A stretch of DNA of 63,954 nucleotides, counting the filler, from Octopus bimaculoides (Eukaryota), in NCBI RefSeq assembly GCF_001194135.2. It is 6 parts of 6 records of this genome, joined end to end, with 100 filler letters (N's around TTAATTAATTAA, not from the genome) between each part and the next. Parts side by side here need not be neighbours in the genome. Positions count along the whole stretch, not along the records: positions 17,484 to 25,617 come from NC_068991.1; positions 25,718 to 41,374 come from NC_068987.1; 4 more parts are not named here. The stretch is one strand, 5' to 3'. The notes under the pieces are model-generated. The model did no database searches. It had not been told where the DNA came from and saw only the letters and a list, made by a program, of their open reading frames with translations. A program made the translations under genes and the position numbers. Position 1 is the stretch's first letter. Each line of letters starts with the position of its first letter. This document shows, piece after piece, positions 24,937 through 38,690 of the stretch.

Positions 24937-25312
24937 CAAGTATACACAACACTCTCTCTCTTAAGTACGCAACTTGAACCTAACCGCTTGTGTCTACTCA
25001 GCCGGAAGGTGTGCATGTATAGCAACAGCATTAGCAAATAGGTTTGCACAAATGTATGCATGCAGTCAACCGCAGCAAGGCTGCAATCTTGCTATGCTTG
25101 TTGAGCTTTAACAAAATTTCCTAATTTTAACAAAATGTAGTTTCTTTTGATTCAATACAAAACCAACACTGAATAGTCAATTAAACTGATCTTAGTTTAT
25201 TATTTATGTGCCCCAGCATGGCCACAGTCTAATAACTGAAACAAGTGAAAGGTAAAAGATAAAAGATAACTTCTCATTCCCTCGGCCTACAATCTAGCAG
25301 TCTTTTTGTTGT

Positions 25313-25617
25313 TGTTGGCACTCTGTCGCTTACGACGTCGAGGGTTCCAGTTGATCCGATCAACGGAACAGCCTGCTCGTGAAATTAACGTGCAAGTGGC
25401 TGAGCACTCCACAGACACGTGTACCCTTAACGTAGTTCTCGGGGATATTCAGCGTGACACAGTGTGACAAGGCTGACCCTTTGAATTACAGGCACAACAG
25501 AAACAGGAAGTAAGAGTGAGAGAAAGTTGTGGTGAAAGAGTACAGCAGGGTTCGCCACCATCCCCTGCCGGAGCCTCGTGGAGCTTTAGGTGTTTTCGCT
25601 CAATAAACACTCACAAC
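25313..25617 (-). mobile_element. SINE-like repeat (family C), head lost at the scaffold end
   Basis: GC-richer non-coding block with an (AAC)n tail on the minus strand, cut by the spacer. The family assignment rests on recall of a common octopus repeat, not a search. Confidence 0.45.
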
Positions 25618-25717
25618 NNNNNNNNNNNNNNNNNNNNNNNNNNNNNNNNNNNNNNNNNNNNTTAATTAATTAANNNNNNNNNNNNNNNNNNNNNNNNNNN
25701 NNNNNNNNNNNNNNNNN
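25618..25717. other. Artificial scaffold spacer
   Basis: N44-TTAATTAATTAA-N44. Confidence 0.95.
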
Positions 25718-25739
25718 ATGATTGACCGTTGACTGAACA

Positions 25740-25910
25740 CTATTCAATTTTTTTTCTCCGTGTTTTTCTCCTTGTCTCCGTATTCTTTCTGTTGAAGAGC
25801 GTAGCTCGAAACGTCAAAGACTTTCCGTATTCCCGAGCGTCATACTAATATATACTTTTGTTATTTACACCATCTGTCCTCGTCTGTTGTTATTATTTGT
25901 ATATTCTCCC
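25740..25910 (+). mobile_element. Solo PLE pseudo-LTR fragment (same family as 11604-11790)
   Basis: Shares the hammerhead, TCCCGAGCRTCAWACTAATAT and TTACACC...TGTCYTCGTC blocks. Confidence 0.6.
25784..25820 (+). ncRNA. Minimal hammerhead-like motif, A6U core variant
   Basis: UCUUU-CUGUUGA-A-GAGC-GUA-GCUC-GAA-ACGU-C-AAAGA. Perfect 5-bp stem I, palindromic ACGU stem III, GUC site at 25813-25815. Confidence 0.65.
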
Positions 25911-26394
25911 ATATATATATACTTATATACACACACATACATATATAAATGCAGATAGATATATAGATGTGTATATATATATATATATGTATGTATATAT
26001 ATATATACATACATATATATATATATATATAATATGTAGATCGATAGATAGATAGATACACATGTCTGTAATAAGTGAGTGTGCATGTGTGCATGTGTGG
26101 TTACGCGCGCGCATGTGTGTGTGTTGATTGTCTAGAATATCAAAGAAGATTAGCGTAAAATTAAAAACACTTATTAAAGATCCACTTGTAAACCTGATGT
26201 TTCGAATGACACATGTCACATGCAGCAAAGTGGGTGCGGCTGGAAACACTGGTGTTTTGTGAGGGGAGGCGGCTATGTGTGTGAAAGCCTATGAACTTAG
26301 TGACATGAGTTTAAGACGGGGACTGAAAGAGGGTTTGTTGAAACATGTTCAGTTAGGATGTGGGTCGTTGTAGAGTTATTATTCAATTACAATC

Positions 26395-27295
26395 CATCAT
26401 TATTACTATCATTTCTCTTTTGGTAACCCTGTTCACACGCAAAACCCTCATACCAAAACACCAGTCCATACATGCACACACACACATTTCAAATGTCTTT
26501 TATATTTTTTTGTATAGTGCCGTTCGTAATGTTTTTTATAACAAAAACCCTTTTTTGCCAATCGGAGTATTCGAGCGGTTCCAAGCAGTGCTGCTTTCTG
26601 CAAGTGCTCCACCCTTATTGCAACCCCTATTTGTTTCATGTGCTTCTCATGATTTTCATTCACTGTTCCCAGTGTTGTGACAATTATTGGTACTACAACT
26701 ACTACTACCTTTTTCAGCGGCCAAATCTGCTCAACTTCCCAAGCTAACCGGTCATATCTATCAACTTTTCTTTCTTCCTTCCTTATCGCATAACTTGTCA
26801 GTTGGGCATGCTATATCTATGATCCAGCATCGTTTGCTTTCTTTCTCAATTAACACTATGTCTGGCTTCCTATCTCTATTTCATGGTCGCACTGAATCAC
26901 AAAATCCCACAGGATCTTTGCATTATCATTTTTGATGATGCCTTCAGGTTTATACTCGTTTATGTCAAGTCCATACTTGTTGCAAAGTGTCCAATGGACA
27001 AGCCTTGCTATATTGTCATGGGGTCTCTTATATTACCTCTGGGCTAGTGGCGTACATTGGCTGGTAATATGCCATACAGTTTCACCATTTTGTCCCCAAA
27101 TGCTGCACTTATCACTTTCTCATGTATTGTCTATTCTGTATTTGATGTAATTCGTTCTTGGGTAGTACAGATTAGAGCCTCCGTTTCCGGTTTTAAATCA
27201 CTTTTAGTCATCCATAGCCATCTTTTTTTTTCTGTCTATCTTATCTTCACCATCTCTATGAAATTGTCAGTGTATTCTTTTCTGTATCCACCTTT
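26395..27295 (-). mobile_element. 5'-truncated R4/Dong-like LINE (zinc knuckle, RLE, 3' UTR)
   Basis: Ends with HLQKAALLGTARILR. Homologous to 3308-3935; the truncated 5' end abuts (ATT)n. Confidence 0.8.
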
Positions 27296-27320
27296 ATCAT
27301 TATTATTATTATTATTATTA

Positions 27321-27416
<96 letters not shown>

Positions 27417-27460
27417 ACAGCAGCAGTGGCATCAGCAGCAGTGGCTGCAGCAAGAACAGT
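27296..27460. repeat. Compound (ATT)(AGT)(GCA)n microsatellite
   Basis: Directly visible. Confidence 0.95.
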
Positions 27461-29660
27461 AGCAATAGTTAGTGTTATTTTTGTAGTTATTTGGCCATTA
27501 TTATTTTCCTTCTTTTATTGTTTCGTTTTTCTTGTAATTGAGATGTCAAAGTGACAAAACAATCGTCCCTGTTTGCACTCAGCAACCCCACTCACCTGCC
27601 AATCAGCGGGGTTTTGTTGTTCTTCTACCTTATGTTTAGCTTTAATTCCTTACTGCAGAACTGTTATCCTAGTTATTGTGTTGCATTACTAAACTTAGTA
27701 GTTTCATCTATATTTATTGGTCACGTGGTGGAGGGCGCGTTAAAACACCGCTCAGTTTAATGTCATCACCTGATATTTGGGTGCATTCCCATGGCACACA
27801 CAACACACCATTTCCTTTGCCAGCACATCTGGTCGTTAGGTTATCTTCGCGGATTTCATTCTGCTGGAACCCCTTAAACTAAACTCGTAGTCCCCCCTAA
27901 TACATTTTACAATTCGATGTCTCCAAATATTTCCTGAAGTAAATGACATGCAAATATATAGGCTGCCCTCAGGTACCAATAATCTCATTAGTGTGCGATG
28001 GACTACGAAGATTACACACCTAGACTGAGAAGCATTTATTCATTATGCAATATCGCGCACTTCATTCTCTTTTCACAGAATGTTATTTATGAAACCTTTG
28101 ACTATTATTTATAGCGAACTGGTGAATCTCGCTGCGTCTTTTGATTTATACTCTTAGTCAAAACCTTATAATGATAGAAATTACTGGATTATAAGTTGGG
28201 AGAGATTTGGCTGCTATTTCTGGAAGCCTAGTTGTTGCATACAACTCTTCGTACACTTACACTTGTAGCTGCTCTTATAGTTAGATATAACAGCCATATA
28301 GAATTCAATATATTGCTGTTGTTGTGATGGTGGAGATGGTAGTGTTCATTTATCACTGCTTTGCTCCATTTCTATCGGGTTTAATGGTTTTTATAATTCA
28401 CAAAGGAAAATAACAAGATATTTTTTTATGTGAGCCAGGGGTTAATTTACGTTAGTATAACCACAATATGACAAAACGATCAATTTCTTAACGAAAATGA
28501 TTGGCATATCTGAAATAATAAGTGAATGAGTTATGCACCAAGTACAAGACATTGTAATTTATTGCAAGCAGTTGCGTTGTTCAAACATAATGAACGAATA
28601 CTGTGAACTCGTTCAAGAAATACGTTTTCGGTTTTTTTTAAATTTTTTATAAAAAATAGTCATCATCATCATCAGTTCCACACACACACGCACGCGCGCG
28701 CGTACATATATATGTATATTGGAAGCAACTTACAGATATAAGTGCTACCAATCTAAAACTCTGCATACCGGACACTATCAGGCTTTTGGGGTCATCAGGA
28801 GAGAATGTGCGTCATATCAAGGCCTTCCTCTCGGGGGCATTATTGCGCACCAGAACTGCTCAAACGTAAATGAATATATCTGTAATAACTTCTGAGATAT
28901 TGAGTAAAAGACCCCCTTTAATGGAGACAGTTTACAAATATCCTAACTGGAATCGAACCAAGGTTAGCCATATACCGGACAGCTTCGATGAATCTATACC
29001 AAAGTGACTGGTTAAATTAACAAATATAAATTACAAATTTTATCTGTACATACGAGCAAGTGTGTGAATACAGGTTTCGCTTATTTAAAACCGAGTTTAT
29101 TATGATAATTTAATCTGAATTATGTCCGCTTATTTAAGGTAAATTAACTAAATGCAATTAGTGACTATAAATTTTCAAAAAATAGAAAGAATTTAATTTG
29201 GTGCTATGTAAAATATGACTAAATAGCAGAATATCTTACTTAAAGCCATAGAGTAGTAATGTTTCTTGGTGGTCCGAAATATCTGGAAAGTGAGCCAAAT
29301 GTACGAGAAACGTGATAATCTCTGATGTTTATCACAATATCCTATTATCTGGAATTTCATATATTACTTGAATGTCCAAGATATTTCATAACGTTTATAT
29401 CAATCCATTTCCTAAATTTTTCTAAGAACATATATTCCGATATTTGTCTGGTCACAACTGTAGTCGATTTTCTTTGTTTTTCTTTAGTTCTTTGCATATT
29501 CTTGAGATATACTTAAAAATCCACGACCATACTAACTGACTCACATCAAATGGAAGCATAATCATTCGCGGTGTGATCCGATGAATGTTCGTGTTGTGCA
29601 TAATGTCCTTGATCTGCAGTGTTAAACTGTTCTCTTTCCCAAACATTCTATTTTTTTCAG

Positions 29661-29864
29661 CGAGGAACAAAGCCATTACCATTGACTAATCTTAACAATC
29701 AGTTTGATGTACCAACTATAAAAATTGTTCTGCATAATTCCGGACATCCATATCCGTCTGCCACAAGACATTTCCATTCTTACATCCCTGAGCGAATTAA
29801 ATACATCAGATTTCAGAGAAATGTAGACGTATCGTTTAATGGCACAAAACGTCGCACGAGCTAA
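29661..29864 (+). CDS. Candidate exon of an unknown gene
   Basis: Strong acceptor TTCTATTTTTTTCAG at 29660, then a 67-codon open frame (RGTKPLPLTNLNNQFDVPTIKIVLHNSGHPYP...) to TAA, in non-repetitive sequence. No homology recognised. Confidence 0.28.
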   Translation, partial: RGTKPLPLTNLNNQFDVPTIKIVLHNSGHPYPSATRHFHSYIPERIKYIRFQRNVDVSFNGTKRRTS

Positions 29865-31235
29865 ACTGCATTAATCGGTGTTGAATGGTAGTAGTTCCAA
29901 AACCGCATTGGATGTTTTGGTTTGCAGTTGCAAGTCATTCGAAATATTAGTGGTAGATATTACGATATCCACAGTTTAGTGGACAGCACTTGCTGAGCAT
30001 TTTCATAATTTTTCCCTTAAAGCCGTTGAACAATTCTGATTTGAGTGCCAAGCGCCAGTGGTGAAATTTTTTCGGTTACCTTATACCATAGTTTGCAGAA
30101 TCTTATAATCAGACAGTTATTCAATAGTTTGCTATAATTAGAAGATAATATTGAATAAGATACTTCTTTCTTAAATCAAGTGACGTTCACTTTTGTGGCT
30201 TCATTAATACTGTCAATAATTACATCACGCTAATTAAAATTTTCGTATTTAAACATACATAATGAAGAAAAAAAGAAGATTGTTTTTATTCATATATTTT
30301 CTCAACCATAAGTGATGAAATGAGCAAAAATAATATTTGATCGCTTCTAAAACTTGTCTTTAAATTAGTCCAGCTTAATTAGCGACAACGTTAAGTGTAT
30401 ATATTTCCAAGACAGAGACAACCCCTGAGTCGGCAGGAGTTTAATACTCAATTAAGTTCTCTCTGTTTTACTGGTATTTATTTCATTAATCCCTGAATAA
30501 TGAAAGGAAAATACGATAATTGAGGGATTTTAACTTAGAATATAAAAAGATGTTAACCCAAGACACTTTTTGTTGCCTCCTCACTTTTCTGCCATCCAAC
30601 ATCTAAATGTTTCCCGTAAAAATTAATGAGTTATTTTGTTGAATATCTTTGCATAATTTTTTTCGTATTTTGAGAAACTCGCTTTTCATCTCCAAATCTC
30701 TGTTTGCCAGCAATCGCCTACGCAAGGTTTACAGCAGAAAGGAATCAAATCTGTGCCTCCTGGCAATCTTGAAACTCACCTGTAATCTTTGTCTAATTAT
30801 CTAAATTCACTTTTTTCCGCTACAGTCAAGAAATTATTAATAACATTATAGAGCAATACTTAACTCGGACAATACTTAACTCGTTTCTGAAACGCGATGG
30901 CAGTCGGCAGCATAAATGGTCGAACTCTCTTCTGGGCATCGCCAGAAAAGCTACAACCGTTACACTTCCCAGTAAAGTAATCTTCAATATTTACAACTTT
31001 ATGCGCATCATTTTACCTGCTCCGTCGAATTCTGTTAGTTTATGCAGACATCTTAATCAAAAACACAACTTCGTGGTTGTGTTTATTCAATCAAAACGGA
31101 AACTCATTTCTGATTCCATGTTAAAATCAGTGTATTTAATCAGTAACTCCTTTGGAGTAGACGTCGCGTGTAAATTAGAAAATTACTATTTTAAAATCTC
31201 ATAACGAGAGATATTCAGCAACAGTACTTTGGAGT

Positions 31236-31323
31236 AAAGATTGTTTGCCAACATAAAACGGCAGTCCTGGTTTAGGATGAAAGTTGCTGTAATTTAGCCC
31301 TAGGAGACATCGTCTCCAGCTGG

Positions 31324-31373
<50 letters not shown>

Positions 31374-31511
31374 CCTTATATTCCCTTGTTCGAAAATATA
31401 AGGACACAGATCATGTCGTATAGCCAACTAGAGACGATGTCTCCTGGGACTAAATTACAGCAACATTCATCCTAAACCAGGACTGCCATGTTATGCTGGC
31501 AAACAATCTTT
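31236..31511. repeat. Long inverted repeat (arms of about 92 bp) around a (TA)n spacer
   Basis: 31236-31328 pairs with 31419-31511 at high identity; inner 10-bp hairpin TCCTTATATT/AATATAAGGA. Confidence 0.9.
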
Positions 31512-31645
31512 AATCACATGTAAAATTTGAAAATAAAATAAAAAACCATCGTCACTGAAGGCTGAAATTTAAGTATTTATCTAATTTAGAGTTATTATGC
31601 GAATATAAGGTTAATTACTTGACGATATTTATCAATATATGAATG

Positions 31646-31852
31646 CGGCGAGCTGGCAAATTCATTAGCACGCCCGGCAAAAAGTCGAGGGGTATTTCGT
31701 ATGTCTTTAAATTCTTGGTTCAAATGCCGACGTTGCTTTTGATCTTTTCGAGGTCAATAAAAAAAATACCAGTGTAGTACTGGGGTCGACGTAAGCGACT
31801 AACCTCTTACCCCGAAACTGCTGGCCTTGTGCCAAAAATTAAAACCAGTATT
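31646..31852 (+). mobile_element. tRNA-derived SINE family D
   Basis: GAGCTGGCA...TTAGCACGCC...GGTTCAAATGCC head and GGCCTTGTGCC tail, shared with 55874, 61335-61920 and 63036. Confidence 0.75.
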
Positions 31853-32368
31853 TATCAGTATCTGATCTAAAATTTCCAAGAGTGACTTCCACTCCTTCTT
31901 TTCCATCCTAAACAGAGTAAGCGAAATTGATAAAAAGTGGATGGTTCTTCAGCACCCAGATCGTTTCACTACATGAATATGCATCAGCTCAGCCGCACAG
32001 AGGAAAATATAAGATATTAATAATCTCTTGGGTAAATTTGTGTTTCGATTGGAAGATGATGTTAATTGCCGTTTCGTAATTATGATGCATCGTCTGAAGG
32101 TGGAGGTAATTTTAATAAATCAAGAATTTATACTGTATAATATTTACCCTTTCTCTCAGTTCACTTGAGAGAGATACATACATAGAAGCATACATACAAA
32201 CGTATGTACTTACATATAAACGTACACAAACATACACACGTGTAGGAGTGTGGGTTGGTAAAACTCCACCTGATTCAAAATAGATTCTTCAGCTGGTTGA
32301 TATCACATAGATACACTTTTAGAAGCCATTCACATAGAAGAGATGATTTATGGATTGTCCACAGTATG

Positions 32369-32408
<40 letters not shown>

Positions 32409-32940
32409 CTGCGACTGGTTTTCTTCAACAAATTACTGACAGTAATGGTGTACAAGCGACTAAGATTGAACGGGGACATCAGATTTTCGTGAAAGTATTT
32501 CCATTTTCAGTGCTAATGGTTTGTTATTGTTAATTTTTTTTTCCTAATCCTCTCATATGTTTTACATTTTGCTATGGTGACATACTTGATATATTGCTAC
32601 AAATGTCGGCCAAACTTCTTTATTGCTTTTGTTTGTCCGTATCCAAGTTTGTCAGATTATTGTACAACTGTCAAAATTCTTTCGTGTATTTAATTCACAC
32701 CAAACTGTTTTAAAGTTTTCATTTATCGCTCCAGTTTCACTGTAGATGGTTTCCGCAAACATGTTCCGACATGTTTCTTAAAAAAAAAAAAACGTTGCAG
32801 CCGTCTTTACCCCAGTTTTTCTTCGTTAAACGAGAATAGTTAACCTCCATGATCATTGTCATGGATACTGCTGCTGTCCAAAGGAATTGGTATAAAAGAC
32901 AGAAAACCAGCCAATCTACTACAGTCTGTTAAAGTCTGTT

Positions 32941-33209
32941 ATACCGGCCATGATGAAATACCACAAGGTATAGAAAATACGTATTCGCCTTTAAATATTT
33001 AATCCTTTATATTGAACACTCAATATTTCATCTATTCAATAAGACATATTCCATATATTCAATAAGACATTCAATACTTTATTTCATTGTACCATCCATT
33101 TTTATTTTATATTATATATTGTATATTCCATATTCTATATCCCACATTGGTTTTGCAGGAATATAAATAAAACATAAAAAACAGACAGTGTTGGAACTCT
33201 TTTAAACAA

Positions 33210-33215
<6 letters not shown>
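32941..33215 (+). mobile_element. AT-rich repeat of about 280 bp beginning with a hammerhead-like motif (copy A)
   Basis: Reverse complement of 57510-57800; distal 80 bp nearly identical. Confidence 0.75.
32946..32989 (+). ncRNA. Hammerhead-like motif with non-canonical CAUGAUGA core (copy A)
   Basis: GGC-CAUGAUGA-A-AUACC-ACAA-GGUAU-A-GAA-AAUACGUAUU-C-GCC, with a perfect 10-nt palindromic stem III. Confidence 0.5.
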
Positions 33216-33251
<36 letters not shown>

Positions 33252-33980
33252 GCGAAAATTATGCCGCCTCTTCATCCCATTTATGTCATTAGATATGTTG
33301 AGGTTTCTATTTAAACAAATATTTCCAGATTTACGTGTGCAACATTGAACTGAGAGGAAAATGATCGATTCTATTCTGTCACGATTTCTTCCATTATGTC
33401 ACGTCAGTATTCTGCGCAAAGAATGTTCTTTTCTCATTCACGTATTTAAAACATAATGACGAACATAGAAAGCAAAATCCAAACAAAAGTTAAATAATAT
33501 GGTAGCACAATATATTAAAGGTAATTTTTAACACTGACCTTTGAAGATTAAATGTAGTTAGGTTGTGTAACGGAAATAGATACATTTCTAAGATAATACA
33601 TTTAGAGTTTTCACCGAAAGATCTGACAGGAAGACAAAACTATATTTCAAACAGACAATACCAAATAAAGATGGCGAGAGAGATTTTAGAGAAAATTATA
33701 TTTCTGCTTCTCTTTCTTTTCCTGTAACTTTCTTTTTTTTCCTTCTCCTTCCACTCTCTCTACATATGTATTACATACGTGGTGTATGATACAAGTGTGT
33801 TTGTTTGTTTGTGTGAGAGTAAGAGAGAGATTCTCGTCTGAATTCTTCTCAAATCTAAAATTCTCTAAAGGGCACCTCTGTGACATTCTCTCGCTTTTTC
33901 TCTTTCTCCCTTTCCATCTCTCTCTCGCTCTTTCTCTTTCTCTCTTTCCATCTCTCTCTCTCTGTCTCTCTCTCTGTCTC

Positions 33981-34011
<31 letters not shown>

Positions 34012-36084
34012 GTCCCTTTCTTGCTCTCATCCACTCTTTCACTCTCTGTTCGCCTCTATCTCCCACCCTCACTCCCGGCTGATATCTACTCTCAACCCAA
34101 ACCAGGAGCATTTTCAAATCATCTTTCACCTATTCTCCCTTTAGTTATTAACTCCACTTGATTATATTATGCCGACTGGCGTATGTTTATATGGGAACCA
34201 CTTCTGCTCTCGTTGCCTCATCACGCATTTTTGTTTGAATATTTTGTTTTACTTTTCTGAATCTGTTGCATGTTTTACTCCCTCCCATTGTACCTAATAC
34301 TGCGGTTCCCAACCGTTTAATTTGATAACGCATTGTGACAAAACAATAGAACTGTAGTAAATTTTTAAAATATATTCCAATTAAACGTAATTAATATACG
34401 ATACAATTCTTGGGTAACCTGTTTTTTGTGTTTTGTTTGCCATCCATATTTTGTAAAGTTTCCATTAATGGCTGATGGTAGGACAGATTCACGGATATTT
34501 TGCATTTTATCACATTTCTAATTGTGAACAGTGCTGAATTATGACGCCAGAATATTTTATTTCATATCCCAAGCTTGGTAGCCACTGGTCTAATGTGGTA
34601 TAGGTGACTTAGTTTTGTAATTTGTACCAGTTTTACACCTGTAGCAAAAAAAAAGATAGTTGAAAAAATCTGGAGTTGGACTATCAAGTAATTAATTCGA
34701 AGATTATATGTTTAAACAGGTCGTAGGAGAAATATTATTGCACCCAGACGTAACACTCTATTCTTTACCTTCCATTTTTCACATAATTGTAGTGTATTAA
34801 ACAATAAATAAGCAGGAGATGTAACATACGTTAGGTGGAGGGGTTATTATCGTATTATTGCACTTGTTTACGCAGAATCCGGTGCTAAATTATAACCTAA
34901 AACTTTCAGCCAATATGTAGTTTATTGTCCGAAGAAAGTGAATGTAAATTGATGAAAGAATGAATGCAAATTGACATCCTAATGATTTTATATAAGTGAT
35001 CTATGTGATATAACCAATGTACAGGACATATATATGTTTTACATGACATGAAAACCATACATATATTTTATAGAATTACATTTATGCTGGGTGTACCTAA
35101 ACTGTTATTTCTGAAATACTCTAGATACCACAGGAAGGTACCATACAAGTAGATGCCTGTGGACGTAACGAAGGAGTTCTTTATGTTCTCTTTGTGAAAT
35201 GTTGGTATGTCACTGTCATTACTTCCGGTTTCTATCACAATTCATTTTCATTTTTTAGGACACTAAAATGTATATTAACCAAACGTTCTAGTTTAGGTTC
35301 CATCGATAAAGAGAAGCATAACTTATTAACTGTTTTCCCCGTATTTTAAATATTTGTGTCTGTCGAGAATCAATTTGTAATTCTTCTTCTGGACAAAGAG
35401 TGTTAAAAAGAATCAGTTGTTTGACCTTTTCCTAATCTGATGTAACGAGAAATCAGTGATTAGCGCTATTGACTACAGAAGAGTAATTCTTTTAAGCTAA
35501 TACAAGTCATAATTTTGAAACTGCAACTTCACAAGCAAGCCAAGCATGCAATAAGCATATGTCGTTAGTTTAAAGTGTTGCTCCAATATATGCTTGGCTT
35601 CTTCTTCTTCTACAGCTAGACAAAGTTGGTCATTGTAGGTTAAGTATCTTAATTCATAGAGACACCGTATAGCGTTAAGGAGTTAGGAAGAAGGAATATT
35701 CTTGAACAGTCTAGAAAGTCAGTGAACGTAAAATTATAAACATTATCATCATCGTCATCATCATGGTGTCAAGTGTTACCTGTTTACGCTAGAAATTAAG
35801 TTATTCCCAGACGAACAAACGAAGCATTCATCGTGTGTTTACTTGACTTATAAGCCGTCCCAGCTGGTTAAAGACAAGAAGGACACACTGAAAACAAGAT
35901 ATGCGGGTTGGTCAGGGGTGGAACGCCATCGATTAAAAAGATATACTCAATCAAGATTGATCTGAGAGTAAATGACAATATTAGCAACTACAATGTACAT
36001 AACTTATATAATCGCATTTCGAATCTACCAACTTTATTTTGATTTATGATATTTAATTTTAAATTATTATCGTTGTTGCTGGTT

Positions 36085-36235
36085 TTCTGTGTTCAAATTC
36101 CACTGAGGACGACTTTGCTTTTCATCCTTTCGGGATTGATAAATTAAGTACCAGTTGAATACTGGAGTCGATATACTTAATAAGTCCCCTCCTCCAAACT
36201 TTCAGGCCATGTACCTTTAGAATATAGGATTATTA
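36085..36235 (+). mobile_element. SINE family D, partial
   Basis: GTTCAAATTCC...TTTCATCCTTTCGGG...TAAATTAAGTACCAGT...CAGGCC, followed by (TAG)n. Confidence 0.7.
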
Positions 36236-36245
36236 TCATTATTAT

Positions 36246-36302
<57 letters not shown>

Positions 36303-36448
36303 CAACATCAGGAACAGAGCTGGAAAGTAAATGGGATACGGTTCCATATCACAACATAGTGTTTGTTCTCATTATTATTATTTCTAACCCTTGTGTTTGN
36401 NNNNNNNNNATTAAACTATATTTAATTTGAAGTCCCTTGTTTCTGCAG

Positions 36449-36755
36449 ACCTGAAAAGCAGGGGGAGGAGAGAGGGGGAGAAGGGAAAGAAGGAAATTCG
36501 AAGACGGAGGTAAAAATTAGCTGCTTCTCTTCAGTAATTCAAAGAAATACGCTTATAGATTCCCCCACCCCCACCGAATCCGAATTGCGACGGCTGCTTT
36601 GCAGCTGTGAACACCGTAGCACAACCCCCGCCACCATCTCCAGCAAAACTAGCGCCTACGATGTTGAATTTGTTAGAAGACACGAAGTTATAAAAATAGT
36701 TGAAGATTTATTAGTTTCAACAGATAACGACTTTACCGACCCTGGAATAGTTTGA
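36449..36755 (+). CDS. Candidate terminal exon of an unknown gene
   Basis: Acceptor CCCTTGTTTCTGCAG at 36448, then 101 open codons (PEKQGEERGGEGKEGNSKTEVKISCFSSVIQRN...KIVEDLLVSTDNDFTDPGIV) to TGA; AATAAA at about 36910. Missed by the ORF track because it has no start codon. Confidence 0.35.
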
Positions 36756-38314
36756 CGGCAGAGTACACATTGCTGCCGATGGCACTGGTAGCAGCAATGG
36801 CATCGGAATCCGAAAACAGCAAAGTGAACAACAAAAACACACAACCTTGGCATATAACATCATCATCATCACAATTGCAATAACAATAATAGCCGCAAGC
36901 TCTCCTTAAAATAAATCGCTTTTTTACATAACATGATCATGGAAAGAAAGCTGCCGGCAATTGAAGAGCGAACACTGGGATAATTATGAGATTTGGTGAG
37001 GCCGAGTCTAATCGTTAACTATTGAAAGAGACAAGAAGTAAACTGATGTACGAGTGCGTCTCAAAGTATATCCTAATGGGGCAAAAGAAAATGCCAGACA
37101 CCATTATAATTTCCATAATCAGATGCACGCAAGGGAGTTTGTATTCCTTTATATAAAGCATGGTTCTTGCAGCAGTGTCTAATATGATTGTGACTGATCT
37201 CACAATCTGGAAAACCTTGTAACAAGCTGAGAAATTAGAGGAAGTGAAGGCCCCAGATCTGCTTCGAATATGAAGTGGCCAGGGACAAGTGTAAAAACCG
37301 TGTCTCTATTTCTTTCAAGACTGAGACGAAGACTGGTATGACTATGGAGATTAAGTGGTCCAAATGTTAACATTGTCGAAGCACAAACCACTCCAATTAA
37401 ACGAGACGTAATTGAAAAGTATAAAAAAATAAAAATCAGGAAACGCAACAACGGACGTAAAAAGAGGAGGGAATCTTCTAGCGAAAAGTTTCACAGGTCG
37501 TTGACCTCTCTTCAGACAAGGCGCATACAACATCCTCCTGGATGTCAATCGTATATATACTTTATTTGAATTTAATTCTTAATGAGCTTTAAATAATATT
37601 TAAATATATTTCAATTCTTCAGATTAACACTTTGCCAAGCATGAATACACACACACATATATATTTTTTTTCTGGCATTATGCCATTAGGGTGTTGACCT
37701 AATATATCGCTGCTGAACAGCCAGCTGAACTAAGTTAATGATTGGAGAAAGAGAACACGTAGTCTTCTCCGAAGACCAGGCAACAGACTGTGATATGGTT
37801 TATTGAAGGAAATACACCCATATTCTAATACATCATTACAACGAAACGACGTACTTGCATTCTTATTTAACTCACAGGGAGGGATTATGAAATGCTAATT
37901 TATTTCAGTTTTCTTTCATTCCCGATGTAGCTCTACATATCTACATAGATACGTACATAAACATATATATACAGAGGAATACATTGGTTCATATGTGTGT
38001 GTGTGTGTGTGTGTGGGGGTTATGTCGTAATCATCACTGAGTGTGACTGGGGTATTAGAAACACCTACATTGCTAGCCCTTATTTCTAACCATGTAGTTG
38101 TTTCTAACACCCTAGTCACATTTAGTGAGTTTTCCTTTTTAGTGAAACATTGCAAACTGCTGTCTAATTAATTATATGTGTCATTGTGTGTGTGTGCGTG
38201 TGTATATATGTACACACACACACACACAAATATCAGATGTACATCAATATGTATTTAGAACATATACACATATCGTTATATATACTTATATATGTAGGAG
38301 TGTATGTATATCTC

Positions 38315-38541
38315 TTATTCTTTGACTAGTTTCGGTCAATTGACTACTGCCATACTGGAGCACTGCCTTTATTCAAACAAATGAACTCTACGGCTTATTC
38401 TTTGTAAGCCTAGTACTTATTCTATCGGCTTCTTTTTACCGGACCGCTAAGTTACTGAGACGTACACGCACCAACATCGGTTGTCTAGTGGTGGTGGTGG
38501 AGGTGGTGGAGGTGGTGGGGGACAAACACAGGCACACGAAC

Positions 38542-38579
<38 letters not shown>

Positions 38580-38690
38580 GACGGGCTTCTTCATATATAG
38601 CCCGAGGCTATAGTAGAAGACAGTGGAACTGAACTTGGAACCATATGGGTGGTAAGCAAGCTACTTACTACACAGCCACGCCTGTGCCTA
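38315..38690 (-). mobile_element. SINE family A, diverged
   Basis: Same head, body and tail motifs as 3936-4324. Confidence 0.75.

Noticed and set aside
36656-36853. Cys-rich minus ORF as a zinc-finger or metallothionein-like peptide
   Set aside because: No recognisable ligand spacing; probably the antisense shadow of the + strand exon candidate.
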